A stretch of 64,000 bases of DNA from Octopus sinensis (GCF_006345805.1 NC_042998.1:139872001-139936000); one strand, 5' to 3'. Shown: positions 39,137 through 53,138, numbered from the stretch's first letter. The notes: a model not told the origin generated them from the sequence alone. A program made the numbers and translations.

Positions 39137-39323
39137 AATTAAGATATAGGTTGGTCAGTGGAGGTAGTTTGAAAGTGGGAGTGGGGATAGAGAGAGAAAG
39201 GTGTTATAGTATAAATGATAGAGGAATTCCTCTATCATTTATACTATAACACCTTTCTCTCTCTATCCCCACTCCTACTTTCAAACTACCTCCACTGACC
39301 ACTAACCAACCTATATCTTAATT
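39137..39323. repeat. Palindrome centred on GAATTC with no loop
   Basis: gatagaggaattcctctatc centre; one substitution and a 7-bp indel between arms. Confidence 0.9.
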
Positions 39324-39904
39324 TTTATTTTTTATTTTCATTGACCGAAGAATGTATATATGTTTTTATATGTGTATGCAGAAGAAAAAAATGAGGGTAG
39401 AAGAAGTAAAAATTTGAAAAGCTGATGGGGTTTTTTTTGTATATTTTCATGTTGAAAACTGGAATTCAAGAAAATGTTTTGTAAAAAATACAAGGAAAGT
39501 GACGAGGTGAGGTTCCTAGCTTATTCAACATGTCTGCCTGGACATAGCCAAATGGGATCAATATTTCCACATCTTAGTTTTTGATCCCAGGCTGGAAGTA
39601 CACCTAATAATTAGCCATTGAGTTAATGTCGTCTTTTCCTCATCACATAAGCATTTCTAATTAGATTTGTAAAGGTTCTCAATATTAACTCTGTTAAGAC
39701 TGTTAATTGACAATAATTGATTTAGGGACCTGAATAAAAGTGGACCACCTAAATTAATGACTTGATTGTGAGATTAAGAAGCTTGCTTCCCAGTCTTGTT
39801 GTCTAGGATTAAGTTCCACCATGTAGCACCTTGGGCAAGTGTCTTCTACTATAGCTCCCAGGCCGACCAAAGCTTTGTGAGTGGATTTGATTGATGGAAA
39901 CTGA

Positions 39905-40253
39905 AAGAAGGTAGAGGTATTGTTTTCAGTCGTGTTTGTTTGTTTGTCTGTGGACAAGATATCTCAAGAACTACTGGAGGGATTCAGATGAAACTTTCAG
40001 GGATGTTTGGCCTCATGACTGGCACAAAATGATTAGATTTTGGGATCAAACCGGTACCAGACAAGGATTCTGGATTATTTTTCCATTTTTTAAATTTAAT
40101 TTTTGAGAGTGGTCAGATTCATTTTTAGTATTCCTGTTTGAGAGAGCGGTCAAGTTTATTTCAGATATTCTCATTTTAAAAATCATCTCTGGCTAATTGT
40201 TGAGAGTACATTGGTGTTGCCTTGGTGGAGATTTGCGTTCACTGGGTGCTCTT
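39905..40253 (+). mobile_element. Helentron/HINE-like repeat (second copy in reverse at 53671-54035)
   Basis: gtttgtttgtctgtggacaagatatctcaagaac...ccttggtggagatttgcg shared with 53671-54035; short terminal hairpin and (GTTT/GTCT) tract. Confidence 0.55.
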
Positions 40254-41773
40254 ATTATTTTATTTCTCAGAGTACTCAGTCTTGTTTGATTCTGTGAGAG
40301 TGGAGAGCAACCTGTTGAGTTTGTGTGTATGTGTGTGAGTACTGGACATCACATGATGGCTGTAAATGAATATAATTGCTATACAAGCAAGGTTTTTTTT
40401 TCTGTCTTCTGTGAAAAACATGTCTGGTCATAGGGAAATGTTATCTTGCTTGGGAACAAATAGGAGTTGGTGACAGGAAGGGTGTCCAGCTGCAGCAAAA
40501 TCTATCTACCTCATCAAATTCCATCTAACCCATACAAACATGGTAAAAGCAGATGTTAAATGATGATGACAAACCTGACAACCAGGAAAGGAGTTGCTGT
40601 GACTAAGCATTTGCAAAACATTTATACTGACACATTATATTGCATAGCTTTGAAAATTCATCATCATCATTGCCATTGTAACAGTGTGCAGCCATGAAGC
40701 TGCACCTATTAGTAGTATCATTTGCATTACTGCACTAAGGTGCCGATACATAATCAGTTGTTTCTATGAGTGATGTTTACACCTTCCATGAATTCATGGA
40801 TACTTTTCTTTTATCCGCTTTATCTCCGATGCTATGTATCATGGCTATTTTACTGCGGAAGCATCTAGATTTATTGATGATTCAGCATATGAGTTGGGGG
40901 GGGGGGATTTTTTTTTTTTTTTTTTTTTTGAGCTGTTTTCTTTCAGTCCTCTGTAACATATCTCTGTTGAGTAGGATTGAAACTGTTTATCTGTTTTATT
41001 CAATGTTTGAATGCTTCCTTATTAAGACAGACTATGTTGACCAAAAGAACAAACAAGCAAACAGTTTATAGTTTACACAGTTGTTTATTTTATTGCTGTA
41101 TTGCTGTTGTTGTTGTTGTTGTTGTTGTTCCTGCCACTGCTGTTGCTGTTGTTGTAGTAAACGATTAACATAGCAAGTTTCCATCAAACAGAATTCAGTT
41201 TGGCTTGCAGCTGTAACTTTGTACTGCTTTATTCCTTTTACATTCTTTACAATGAGATTAGGAAGAAGAATGGGAAGACAGTTCAACAACAATTCATCCA
41301 TTATCCTTGCTTGCAAAGATGGATTATTATTCTATTCATATTACAGCTTATTAATTTTTCCTTAGATCTATTGCATTTATTTCTGGCTGTTTTGTTCTAA
41401 ATGTTACTTTTATTATCTGATTTTGATATCTTTCATGTATTGTTTAATCTGCTGCGGGTTGTGGTGTAGGTTACTGCCTTCCTTGATCCTCTCTGAAGCA
41501 AGATCATATAATAGCTGGAACTTGACAGTTCTTAAGTGCTTCTTATTGGTTCTTTAACTGTACTCATTCACTGCTGCATAAGCAAGTGCCTTAAACTTAC
41601 TGTCTTTTCTGGTCCTTTCACATACAGATAGTCAATTCGGTATACATATGTATGTACAAGCAGTTAATCTGATGGCCATTTTTATAGACACATTTATAGT
41701 CAGACATGTACATCTGTCTGTATGTATAAAAAGAACTTTACAAATATGTATATAAAGAATATTACATATACGT

Positions 41774-41809
<36 letters not shown>

Positions 41810-42093
41810 TCAAGATACATTTTTGATGTAGTTATATAATAACTGTGTTATTTCTTTATTTGCATTTCGCTATTTAACTACTCACACAAGTATGTTTATA
41901 TATCATTTGATTTTCAGTATTTCTATGCTAACGTTGTTGGGTTAAACCTGAAATCTTGGACATTTTTAGTAACTGTTGGTGCAAGTATTCTTCTAATGAT
42001 CACCGTTTTATCATACATGAGCTATTGTACCTTGTTTCCACTTCATATATATATATATATGTGTGTGTGTGCCTATATATACATATATATATG

Positions 42094-42204
<111 letters not shown>

Positions 42205-43322
42205 TACAGAGAGAGAGAGAGAGAGAGAACATACACATGTGAAGATATTAGGTTTACTTCAGTTGTGAAATAAACTTCAGAGGCCCAGAGATCAAAAATA
42301 ATCTTTGACCATCATTCTTTGTTGCATGTGAGGATGGTGATATTATCCAAGCATTAACTATTTTGCCTTTAGTTACTCCGCTCTTCTTTCAAAAATGACA
42401 CCCACTATTCTCTGCTTTTCTTGCCTTTTATTCTTCCTCACAGTTCACATCTCCACTTAATACAGTTGCCAGTAATTTTCTCTCAATCATTTTAAATATT
42501 TCACTGTACTGACTTTCTTTAGAGTAGAGCTGTAGGCAAACTAACTTGATCTCTGGCCAGGTGTGAGTTTACAAATGGAGACAAATCTTTGAGGCATGTT
42601 GTCTTGTCCTGTGTTTTCTACACTTATCATCACAACGTTGGAGTTAGATAAACAGATTCTGATGGTTTGCTTTTGACTTTACAAATTAAGTTGTTGCTTT
42701 TCTTTTCATGCTTTACATTACATTATACAAAACCTGGTACCTTGTTAAAAGGTAGTGCCAATATTGTAAAGGTATGTACACTGCAGTATTAGTCTATAGG
42801 GTGAGGTTGGTGTATCAAAGTTTAGAAACTCTTGGAGCAAGTGTTCTACTCTTAATGTTCATCATTATATCATACGAGAGCTATTCCATTCCATTCCATT
42901 TCATTTCATCTCTCTCTCTGTCTTTTACCTTTTACTTGTTTCTGCCATATGTCTGCGGCCATGCTGGGGCACTGCCTTGTAAGGTTTTAATCAAACAAAT
43001 CGACTTTTTTTCAAGTCCAGTACTTACTCTATCAGTCTCTTTTGCTGAACCACTAAGTTATGGGGACATAAACACACCAACACCAGTTGTCATGTGGTGA
43101 TGGGGAACAAATACAGACACAACGACACTCACACATAAATACATATACACATTTATGACAAGCTTCTTTCAGTTTTTATCAACCAAAGCCACTCACAAGG
43201 CTTTGGTTGGCCTGAGGCTACAGTAAAAGATACTCACCTAAGGTGCCACACAGTGGGACTGAATCTAGAACCGTGTGGTTGGGAAGCAAGCTTCTTACCA
43301 CACAGCCATGCCTGTATCTACA

Positions 43323-43365
<43 letters not shown>

Positions 43366-43974
43366 ATATATATTTCTTTATTGCCCACAAACAAGGACAG
43401 ACAAAGGGATTAAGTTGATTACATCGACTTCAGTGTGTAACTAGTACTTTATTTATCGACCCCGAAAGAATGAAAGGCAAAGTTGACCTACAGCAAAATT
43501 TGGACTCAGAACGTAACGGCAGATGAAATACTGCTAAGCATTTCTCCCAGCATGCTAACGTTTCTGCCAGCTCGCCACACACACACATACACTATCATAC
43601 ATGCATGCACTCACATATCCATCTTATTTATAGATATAATTCCTGTATAACTGTACATTCTTTGTTGCAAGTGTACACAAAGTAATTACATAATGCAAAA
43701 TGTAGGTGTATCAAGTACCCAGTTTCTGCAAAATGTTGGTACGTCAGGTACTACGTATAAATTTGATACAGCATTGCTTTGTACCAATAATCTTTGTTCC
43801 GATATTGTTTTCTTTTTAACATATGTTTTTTTGTATTATTTCTCCTTCGAACATTTTACTAAGTTCCATACTGAGCATGATGTACCAATATTTGGATCCT
43901 ATTCTGAGAGTCATTCCGCAAAGATAATACCATAATATGCAGGTCATTGAGAGGTCATTGAATAGTTCTTCGGC

Positions 43975-43976
<2 letters not shown>

Positions 43977-44006
<30 letters not shown>

Positions 44007-44549
44007 GAGTGAGAGAGCAGTACATGCCATCAAAGTGACACTGGGGTAAAATATACGAAGCCCAGTATACCCATCATGATTACCTGTCTGATAAGGGTAT
44101 ACTAGGCACATAGATCACAACCATATGTGCGAAACATGGTGATCTCATATCAAGATAAACAGCACATGATCTTACAGGTGGGACCCAGTTAGAATTTTCT
44201 TCTGGTTGAGTAACCCATCCCGCTCAAAATGTCCCTGAATAAGGGTTAAGGATATTGAACGAAACACCCATGTTTCCAGAAGTGAATTATTCAAACCCCA
44301 AAGGATCCCTCTCAACACATGGCTATGATGCTCCACTACTTCTGCTCGTGATCAGAGATGCACATATCGTCAGCCACTAAGGAACATGGTCAACTGGTTA
44401 CAAATAACTGACGAGCAAATCTGTGGTATTGAGCAGGATATTTGCTGTAGCCCATCTTTCATACCAAGACAAAACATGTACATGATAACACTTCCAATCA
44501 GTTAAGATCAGAAGCCATGAGAGCCACTGCCTGGTACTGCATCAGGGCA
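43977..44549 (-). repeat. Interspersed repeat with (AAT)n tail, probably a LINE 3' UTR/SINE
   Basis: Non-coding block with retained CpGs, terminating in an (ATT)n tract on the + strand. Confidence 0.5.
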
Positions 44550-47034
44550 TGATGCTTCCCCACTACTTCTGCAACCACTTTGAGGAATGACAACTTTTTC
44601 TTAATCCCCAGTTATCATGGCCAATGCCTTGCCAAGATTAGGGTGCTGAATGCGCCACCAGAAATACCCATTATCTGGTTAGTGGCGGCTGTCTTACCAG
44701 GTTTAGAAGAAGACGAAGTCACAATATTGGAGGTCAAGAAACCATCTAAGCAAAATTGGTTAGGTATAGGTATGGAACTTACCTTGCAATGCAAGCAGGA
44801 CCATATCAACCAACTACCCGATCTAATCATTCTCCCCGACGGTACTCACTTGTCAGTGCTGATGGAGGGTGGAAAACCAAGATGCCACACATGTGGGTTT
44901 GTAAATAACTTAAAGGCTTTATGCCCTGAAACAAGGCAAAATAAAGTCCCACTGCTGCCAACATTACAAACACAAGGGCTAAATCATAAACATGTTCACA
45001 AAACTCCTATACCTTCTCCCACACCTATGTTCATACCCACTCCCAAACCAAGATAAAGAAGGCGTTCTACCTCCGGTTGCCGTGAAAAAGCAAGTTTCTC
45101 TTGAATGCTCTTCCTCCCAAACCAACATCGACTGCAATGACATGGAGAAAGAAGAGCTGAATGATCATTGGATCACAGTGACAAAAGTGGGAAGGTGAAA
45201 GAGGAGGAGAGTACACAGCCCTACTTCAAAACTTATTCTGAAACCACAACTGCAACACAATTCACAACCACTCCAACAAAAACTGCAAGAACAAGATCAA
45301 CAACTTCAAAAACAGCAGCACAAAATCACAGAAATACAGAAACAACCAATTCCAGAACTTCAAAAATATTCATTAGACTGTAGACGAAATGTATCCATCA
45401 ATTTCATCATTGTGAACAAGTGTAACAGTGAATTGATGGATTTTGTAAGTCAAAACAAAAACAAAATAAAGACAGAAGGAAAGGAATTTGAGGAATTCAT
45501 CCTCAAAATCCCTAAGGACAGACTCTTAAATAAAACGTTGTCAGACATTTATAAAACTATAAGAGAAAAATTCCCAGGTAGTGTGAGGATTTTAAAAAAA
45601 TCTATTGATAAAAGGCTGTTGGAAGGGCATTTTAAAACATTTATGCCAGTAGAGAGGCTCAGAATTTCTGGACTTCTTGAAAATCAAGCTGAGTAACCTC
45701 TTCATTCTCCTTCTCCGACTTGCATGGTTGTGCTGAGAATGGAGTGTGTGATTGTGGGTGACCTGAGATCAGCTTGGAAGCAATGTCACTTCCTCAACAC
45801 TCTCAGGGCACTTGAGTTAGATGTAACTGCCATTAGTGAAACAAAGATCTCTGGAAAACATACTCTCGCATCCATTTTTAAGGATGCCAACTCCTTTTGC
45901 ATGGTGGCTTAGGCATGCCATGATTCTTAATGCACAGACACACACATGCCACCTGCAGCAATTTCTAGAAGATGAATGTGTGTGGGCTCTGTTTGTGAGA
46001 CACGCCTTTCCGCAGCTCATCTCCTTGACGGAGCTGCAGTACTGGGTAAAGGATAGGCCGAGACTGGGTGCCTGGCGTTTAGAATGTCATCAGGTGCTCA
46101 TTGTCCTCTACAAGTCGGGCAATAGGATCGGTCAATGTTCTACTTTAGATATTTACAGAGGATTAGTAGCAGGGAAGTGTGATGTCATCCTCAGGAAGAC
46201 TCTAGGTATTGACAAAGATGAACTGGCAAGTCTATTCTGGAGGACTTACCAGTCGAGGAGTGTTATGGATAATTTCCAGATGTCTTCAGCCTGGCAGTGC
46301 TACCAGGGGGCACTACCAGTTCGAGATGAATTCTACAGGCATGGATGTACTGTCAGATGGACTTGTCTGATGTGCTCGCAGAGTTACGAAACCATTCTGC
46401 ATGTATTCGTTCAGTGTCTGGGCATTGCTGACTTGTTGGGGTTATGTCAAACAACTGCTGTCATTTGTAGGGCAGATCCATCTACAGCTAAGTCCATAAT
46501 GATGATTAACCCTCTGCCCTCCTTTAATTGGGCTGGCAAGGCAGATTTTCTTTGTCTGGTGGCTGTGGTGAAAGAGGTTATTTGGTGGATGAGGCTGAAA
46601 GGAATGAGGACAGAAACATTCTTCTTTGGGAAAGCCCTCATCGACTTTTTCCAGTATCAGTTGAAAAGGAAAGTGAGGGTAGAGAGGGAGGGACTGTCTT
46701 TGAGTGAATTTATGAAAAGGTGGGTGGAAGTTGCGCAAATGGCAAGAGCTGAGGACACCATTCTCAGTGTAGACCTGTGAGTCAGAAGAAAGAAGTTGGA
46801 GAGGGCTCTCATCCTTGGTATTTGGAGTGATCTCGAATGGTCATCCTGTATCAGGGAACCCATCACAATTGCTTTTTTTTACCCCTTTTTTTATAGTGTC
46901 ATATACTATGTATACTTCCCTTCTAATGTATACCATGTATACTTTTTATTTTATCATTCCTTTATATGTAAACCCACACCCTTTATGTCTGTCTTTGTAT
47001 TATCTCCCTCATCCTTTGCCCTGGTGGCAAATTC
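44550..47034 (+). mobile_element. Tx1/L1-type LINE, rearranged (ORF1 relic, APE start, RT deleted, C-terminal Zn finger)
   Basis: ORF1 knuckle KPRCHTCGFVNNLKALCP; APE start ...LRALELDVTAISETK; C-terminal ALPVRD...CLMCSQSYETILHVFVQC; no YADD-type RT core between them. Confidence 0.85.
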
Positions 47035-47484
47035 TTTTCTTTACTTAAGTCATTTGACTGTGGCCATGCTGGAAAACCACCTTTAGTTGAACAAATTGAC
47101 TCCAGAATTTATTCTTTGTAAGCCTAGTACTTATTCTATCAGTCACTTTTGCCGAACCACTAAGTTACAGTGATGTAAACACACCAACATTGGTTGTCAA
47201 GCGATGGTGGGGAGACAAACACATACACACAAACACACATATATATATATATATATATAAATATACACACACACACATGTATATATACGACAGGCTTCTT
47301 TCAATTTCTGTCTACCACATCTACTCATAAGGCTTTGGTCGGCCCAAGGCTATAGTAGAAGACACTTGTCCAAGGTGACACACAATGGGACTGAACCTTA
47401 GACCATGTCATTGGTCAGTAAGCTACTTACCACACGGCCCCTCCTGTGCCTACTTACCACACAGCCATTCATTATTATTATTAT

Positions 47485-48690
47485 TCAGTGGTTTTATTTT
47501 TATAGCGTGCTTTCACTTCCCTACTGACTGTAGCTCTGTGTGCCTTGGGTATGTGCTGTGATTTGTTGTGATGCTCTGATGGTTACTGTATTGAAAGTGC
47601 TTTGCGTAGGATGTGTGCAGTGCTCAGTAGTGCAATTTTTTGTATGTTATATATATTTGTAAGTCCTGGTGTTTTTGCTATGTATTTGTCTGAATATTTT
47701 TTTATCATACCTAATGCACCTACTGTGATAGGAATTGTTTCTGTTTTTAGATTCCACATTCGAGTTACCTCTATTTCCAGGTCTTTGTATTTTGAAAGTT
47801 TCTCCATTTCTTTTAGAGACACGTTGTCATCTGCTGGTATTGATACATCAATTAGAAGGCATTTTTTTTCTTCATGATCTCTGACAACTATATCAGTTGA
47901 CCTTAATTTCTCTTATCTGAGTGTATTGGCATATCCCAGAGTATGGTTGCTTTCTCGTTTTCTGTGACCTTTTTCTGGTGTGTGCCTATACCATCTTTTT
48001 TCTGTTGTTATTCCATAATGTTGGCATAGCTTCCAGTGTATGTAGGTCCCTACTCTATCATGTCTGTGAATATATTCCTTCTTAGACAGGACTGGGCAGC
48101 CAGAGATAATATGATTTATTGTTTCTTGTCCATCTCCACATATTCTGCAGTTACTTGTTGTGTTTCTTTTCATTATGTTTTTGGTAATTTTTGGTGGGGA
48201 GGCTTTGGTCTTGTGCTGCAATTAAAAATCCCTCTGTCTCTGCTTTGAGTCCTGAGCTTCTCAACCATTGCTGGGATTTTTCTTTGTCTATTTCTTTTGC
48301 ATTTAGTTTAGTCCAGTATTTGCTACAAAGGGGCTTTTCTTGCCATCGTTTTATCATGGCCCATTGCTGTTCTAGTTTTAGTTTGCATCTTCTTCTTCTT
48401 CTTCTTCTCTTCTTCTTCTTCTTCTTCTTCTTCTTCTCTCCTCCTCCTCCTCCTCATCATCATCATCATCATCATCATCATTATTTGTTAGGTGATATGA
48501 TTTCTTGTTTGTATTTGTCAGCTTCCTTAAATACTGAGAACAGTTTTTTGTTTTGCTTGTGTTTTGCTGCTATTTGTATTAGTTTTCCTTGCTTCTGAAG
48601 TAGATATTTTTGCAGTCCTATGGTTGTTATTTTATAATAGTTTACCAGCTGTATAAGGCCTCTACCACCTTCTATACATTGTATATATAG
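47485..48690 (-). mobile_element. R4/Dong-type RLE LINE, 3' fragment
   Basis: EGGRGL; CRICGDGQETINHIISGC; RHD; DIVVRD...IDVSIP...EKLSKYKDL; (TAA)n at both ends. Confidence 0.85.
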
Positions 48691-48717
48691 TTATTATTAT
48701 TATTATTATTATTATTA

Positions 48718-48752
<35 letters not shown>

Positions 48753-49150
48753 GTTTCCTCCTCTTCATCTTTTGATATCAACCTTCCTAACTCTGCCCCT
48801 GCTTCCATGACAAATTTCTCACTTTAAAGTGATGTAAATGAAAATCTTCCAACAAAGTTCCATGTTAATTTATACTCCAAATATCAGATTAATAACAACA
48901 AAGTTATTTTAGTAAATTCCAAACAAAAGCAATGTATTCTGACAGAAATATGGTAATGAAAAGGTTAACATATATTGGAGAATCTTGTCTTTTCTTTCTT
49001 ATAAAAAAAATGATAAAAAGCAACAAAAAATATATATCAAGAACATTTAAAATCAGCTGCTGCTTGTTAATGGTGTTGGCATTCTTTTTGATTAATTCTT
49101 TTAGCGTGTCTTGCTTTGAAGAATATCATTACATAGATCTGTCATTAATT

Positions 49151-49250
49151 ATGGATCACCATGAACCTTTGCATACAAGAATGGATGAGGAATTTGAAAA
49201 ATACTTGACTGAAATCAAACCATATGTGATGAACCTCCACAATAAAACTC
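49151..49250 (+). CDS. CEP112: CEP112-like (DUF4485) gene, first coding exon: MDHHEPLHTRMDEEFEKYLTEIKPYVMNLHNKT
   Basis: Acceptor ttcttttag at 49103-49104, strong Kozak attATGG at 49151, donor GTGAGT at 49251 (phase 1). The peptide resembles the vertebrate CEP112 N-terminus as I recall it (LDAEFDHFVVDMKPFVLKLPHRT). Confidence 0.82.
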
Positions 49251-49369
49251 GTGAGTAAATTTTTATCTGTAGATTTATACATAAAATTGTGTTTGTTGTA
49301 TTTCTTCTAAAGAAACACTTGAGCTTTAATGTTTGAGCTCATTTATTTATAAATGTGTGTGTATGTATA

Positions 49370-49437
<68 letters not shown>

Positions 49438-49439
<2 letters not shown>

Positions 49440-49644
49440 AGGAGGTGCTGAAAAGTTCTTGGCTTAGGGTAAAAGAAAATACAAGCGGATCAGTTAATTT
49501 TGATTTTGTTCAACATATTCCCCTCTCAGATTTACACACTTATTTGCAGTGGTCCTTCAGTTTTTTTAAGAACTCGGAAGGTTGGGCCTTCAACCAGGCC
49601 TTTCACAATACCCTTAAAGCCAGGAACTTTTCAGTACCCTCTTG
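49438..49644. mobile_element. Mariner-derived MITE in CEP112 intron
   Basis: caaggaggtgctgaaaagttcttggc / gccaggaacttttcagtaccctcttg TIRs. Confidence 0.75.
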
Positions 49645-51039
49645 TGTTTGTGTGTTTGTGTGTGTGTGTGTGATAAAAGATGGATAGTTGTAAGGCTCAT
49701 ATCATTTACAATATATTTATACAGAAAGAAGTATAAAAATATATAAATTTAGCAGAAAACCAAGAGAATCCAGAGAGTGAAACTTTATAGTGATTCTTCA
49801 TAGACAGGTGTAAATTCCAGAAATTCATACAGAAACATTGTTGAAGAGATAGAGGAGAATTTTAATAGTCCTTCATGTTTGAAGTAAAAAATAAGTAAAA
49901 AAATCCTGGAAATTCTAGTTGAAACCTTGCAAGTAAGTGAGAGGAAAGTCTCGGTCATTCTTTACAGCTGTTTCTGGGTATATTTTCATTAGGAGCAGTT
50001 ACCTGCATTATACCTATATATACAAATGTAGATTAGTTTAAGTTAAGGTAATTGAATTAGCACAGGTATAAATTATGTGAATAGCCTTCCCTCTCATCAG
50101 AAGCTCAACCTGTGCATTGCTTTTAGTCAATTCTTATTTCCACAGATCTTGTATCCCTTCACTCAATGTTGGATTTTAGGCATTTGATCAGTATGAGCAC
50201 TTATTGGAGTGTACCTATTTTATCATGTCAGTTTTGATGTTTTCTTATCTATTACATTGTGTTTGTGTGTGTTTGTGTATACATGTGTTAAAAACAATAT
50301 ATATCGGGGCAAAACAAGGATTGTCACAGCAGTGATTCCTGACAATGACAGATATGCTTTGCCCTATTTGGAGCTTATCAATGCATGTTTGACACCTACT
50401 ACAGGTGCAGAAAGCTTGCCAGGCAAAATAAAAACTCAGTGTATATAATTGAAACAACATTAACTTAAAATTGTCATCTGTGTCTCATACTAAATGTATA
50501 CACACTATTAGAAAGCATAATATTGTGTTTTTATCTGAGAGAAAATTTCTTCATAGATGTTCACAGTTCAGTACAATATTTTATTCATTATTTCCTATAT
50601 ATTGAAGCACAAATTTCATCTTAACTGATGACAAATAGTTATATCCCTGAGTAAGGTGAAACATGCCTGTCATTCTCATGAGTTGCTGCTTTGATATTCA
50701 TTTCACTTTAATATGTGTGTTTTTTTTAATTTAATGCTGTCTCAGTTGCATTCACTAAGTCTATATATTTGCACCAAGCAACCTACAAGAGAGAATCTCT
50801 CAAAGTCATAACACCATATTCATTGTTCTAACAAGGCATCCATGTTAAGTTGAATATAAAAATTACTTTTTGGTATTGACACTGTTTCTGTCGCTAATAA
50901 TTAAATTCTAATAAGCCTGATGAAAAGATGTAGGTATTCTATATATCATAGCAGTGAGATTTGACTGACATGTGGACCAGTAGACTGAAATCATGTGATG
51001 TGGAAATTCTGGTGTCCATGACAGACAATTCTCTTCTGC

Positions 51040-51320
51040 TACAATGGTTCAGTGGTTAGAGTGGCAGGCTCACAATCATGTAGTAGTGAGTTCGATTCCT
51101 GGACCAGGCTGTGTGTAGTGTTCTTTAGCAAGACACTTATTTCACGTTGCTCCAGTTCATTCAACTGTAAAAATGATAACATTGATGGCATGGAGAGGGA
51201 GGGCTGATATGCATGGGCAACTGCTGGTTTTCCATGAACAACCTTGCCCAGACTTGTGTCTTGGAGGGGAACTTTCTAGGTGCAATCCTATGGCCATTCA
51301 TGATCAAAGGTGGCTTTTAC
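51040..51320 (+). mobile_element. Further tRNA-headed SINE (family D)
   Basis: tggttcagtggttagag A box, gagttcgattcc B box, followed by gttctttagcaagacactt. Confidence 0.65.
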
Positions 51321-52802
51321 TTTACAATGTTCCTGTTGGAGAGGATCTTCCAAGGCTAAAACACAGTATTTGGTGTTCTGACAAAACATCTATGTTATGT
51401 TAGATGCATACGTATATATACCTTTTATCTTTTACTTTTTTCATCCATGTTGGAGTACTGCCCTTGAGGAATGTATCAATCCCAGTAGTTATTTTATTAA
51501 AGCTTGGAACTTATTTTATTGTTTTTTTTTTTGCTGAACTGCTAAGTTACAGGGATGTAAGCATACCAGCACTGGTTGTCAAGTGGCAGTGTGGGACAGA
51601 CACAGACTCAAAGACACACACTCACACATACACATACACATATACATGTATACAATTGGCTTCTTTCAGTTTATGTCTACCAAATCCATTTGCAAGGCTT
51701 TGGTCAGCCTAAGGCTATAGTAGAAGATACTTGCGCAAGGTGCCACACAATGGGACTGAACCCTGAACCATGTAGTTGGGAATCAATCTTCTTACCACAT
51801 AACCATGTCTGTTATATATATATATATATATATGGAAAAAAAGTGAAGATAGAAAATGCTAAGATAATTTTATAAAAAACATTTCAGTACCAGTTTCAGT
51901 CATTGAGACTTTTTCAACTGAAACAATTAAACAATTAAATTTAGAAAAATTAAAAGAAAAGTTTTTTTAAAAGAATATTTGTATAGTGTTCAAATACAAG
52001 TGGCATTTTCCTTGTTTCTGCCTGTCTCTGTCTCTCTTGTTTACTCTTGTGGGTTCAAGGTCGTTATGTATATATATATAAAAAAATATATATATGTATA
52101 TATATCTGTGTTTGTGTTTATGTCTTTGTGTCTGTGTTTGTCCCCCACCACCACTTGACAACCGGCTCTGGTGTGTTTATGTTGCTGTGACTTAGTGTTT
52201 CAGCAAAAGAAACTGATAGAATAATTACTAGAATTGATTCATTCAACTAAAATTCTTCAAGGCAGTGCTCCAGCATGACCACAGTGTCCTGACTGAAACA
52301 AGTAAGCAGATAAAAAGAAATACATATATATTTATATATGTATATAAGAAGTTAGTAGTATTGCTATGCCTAAGCGAAGTTATAAAATATATTTGTACTG
52401 AACCCTGAACCAAACCATGTAGTTGGGAATTGTGTTTCTTACCACACAGCCACATCTGTTATATATATATATATATATAACATTATTAGTATTGCTGCTC
52501 CTAAACAAAATTATAAAATTAGACTTTTGGAGTTGTTGGCATTAGAAAGGGCATCCAGCTGTAGAAACCATGCCAAATCAGATTGGAACCTGGTACATCT
52601 CTCCAGCTTACCAGTTTTCAGTCAAACCGTTCTACCTATGCCAGCATGGAAAACAGACATTAAATGAAGATGATGATGGTGGTGAAAACAACTTGTAATT
52701 GGTATTACTATGCCTAAGCAAAATTGTAATATATATATATATATGTATGTATGTATATATATATACAGTAGAATACAAAAAAAAAATTCTTGGTACAGTA
52801 TA

Positions 52803-52980
52803 ATATATTTGAAAAAATGAGTAGAGATGGCTTTTGGAGGGATAATTTTTATTTTAATGATAATGTTTACAGTTATTCTAATGAGTTTCAAGCTCGAAAC
52901 TCAGAGTAACTGTAGACATTATCATTAAAATAAAAATTATCCCCACCAAAAGCCATCTCTACTCATTTTTACAAATATAT
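52803..52980. repeat. Fold-back with ~72-bp arms and a 33-nt spacer
   Basis: aaaatgagtagagatggcttttgg...acagtt / aactgt...ccaaaagccatctctactcatttt. Confidence 0.9.
52878..52918 (+). ncRNA. Degenerate hammerhead-like core in the loop of a fold-back
   Basis: CTAATGA-gtttcaagctc-GAAA-CTCAGAG-TA-actgtagaca; same helix III type as 1824-1885. Confidence 0.42.
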
Positions 52981-52999
52981 ACATATACATGCACACACA

Positions 53000-53050
<51 letters not shown>

Positions 53051-53074
53051 TATGTATGTATTTTTCTTTCACAG

Positions 53075-53138
53075 ATCGGAATTATGCAGCTGTGTGGATT
53101 AGAAAGCTCTGTCTACCTGTGTCTGGAATTGCATCTAG
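53075..53138 (+). CDS. CEP112: CEP112-like coding exon 2: (H)RNYAAVWIRKLCLPVSGIAS(R)
   Basis: Acceptor tttttctttcacag, donor GTATGA, 64 nt. Phase 1 in and phase 2 out match the neighbouring exons. WIRKLC motif as in CEP112 (CALWIRKLCEP). Confidence 0.85.

Noticed and set aside
48932-49104. N-terminal extension of the 108-aa ORF
   Set aside because: Lies upstream of a good acceptor at 49104; intronic by inference.
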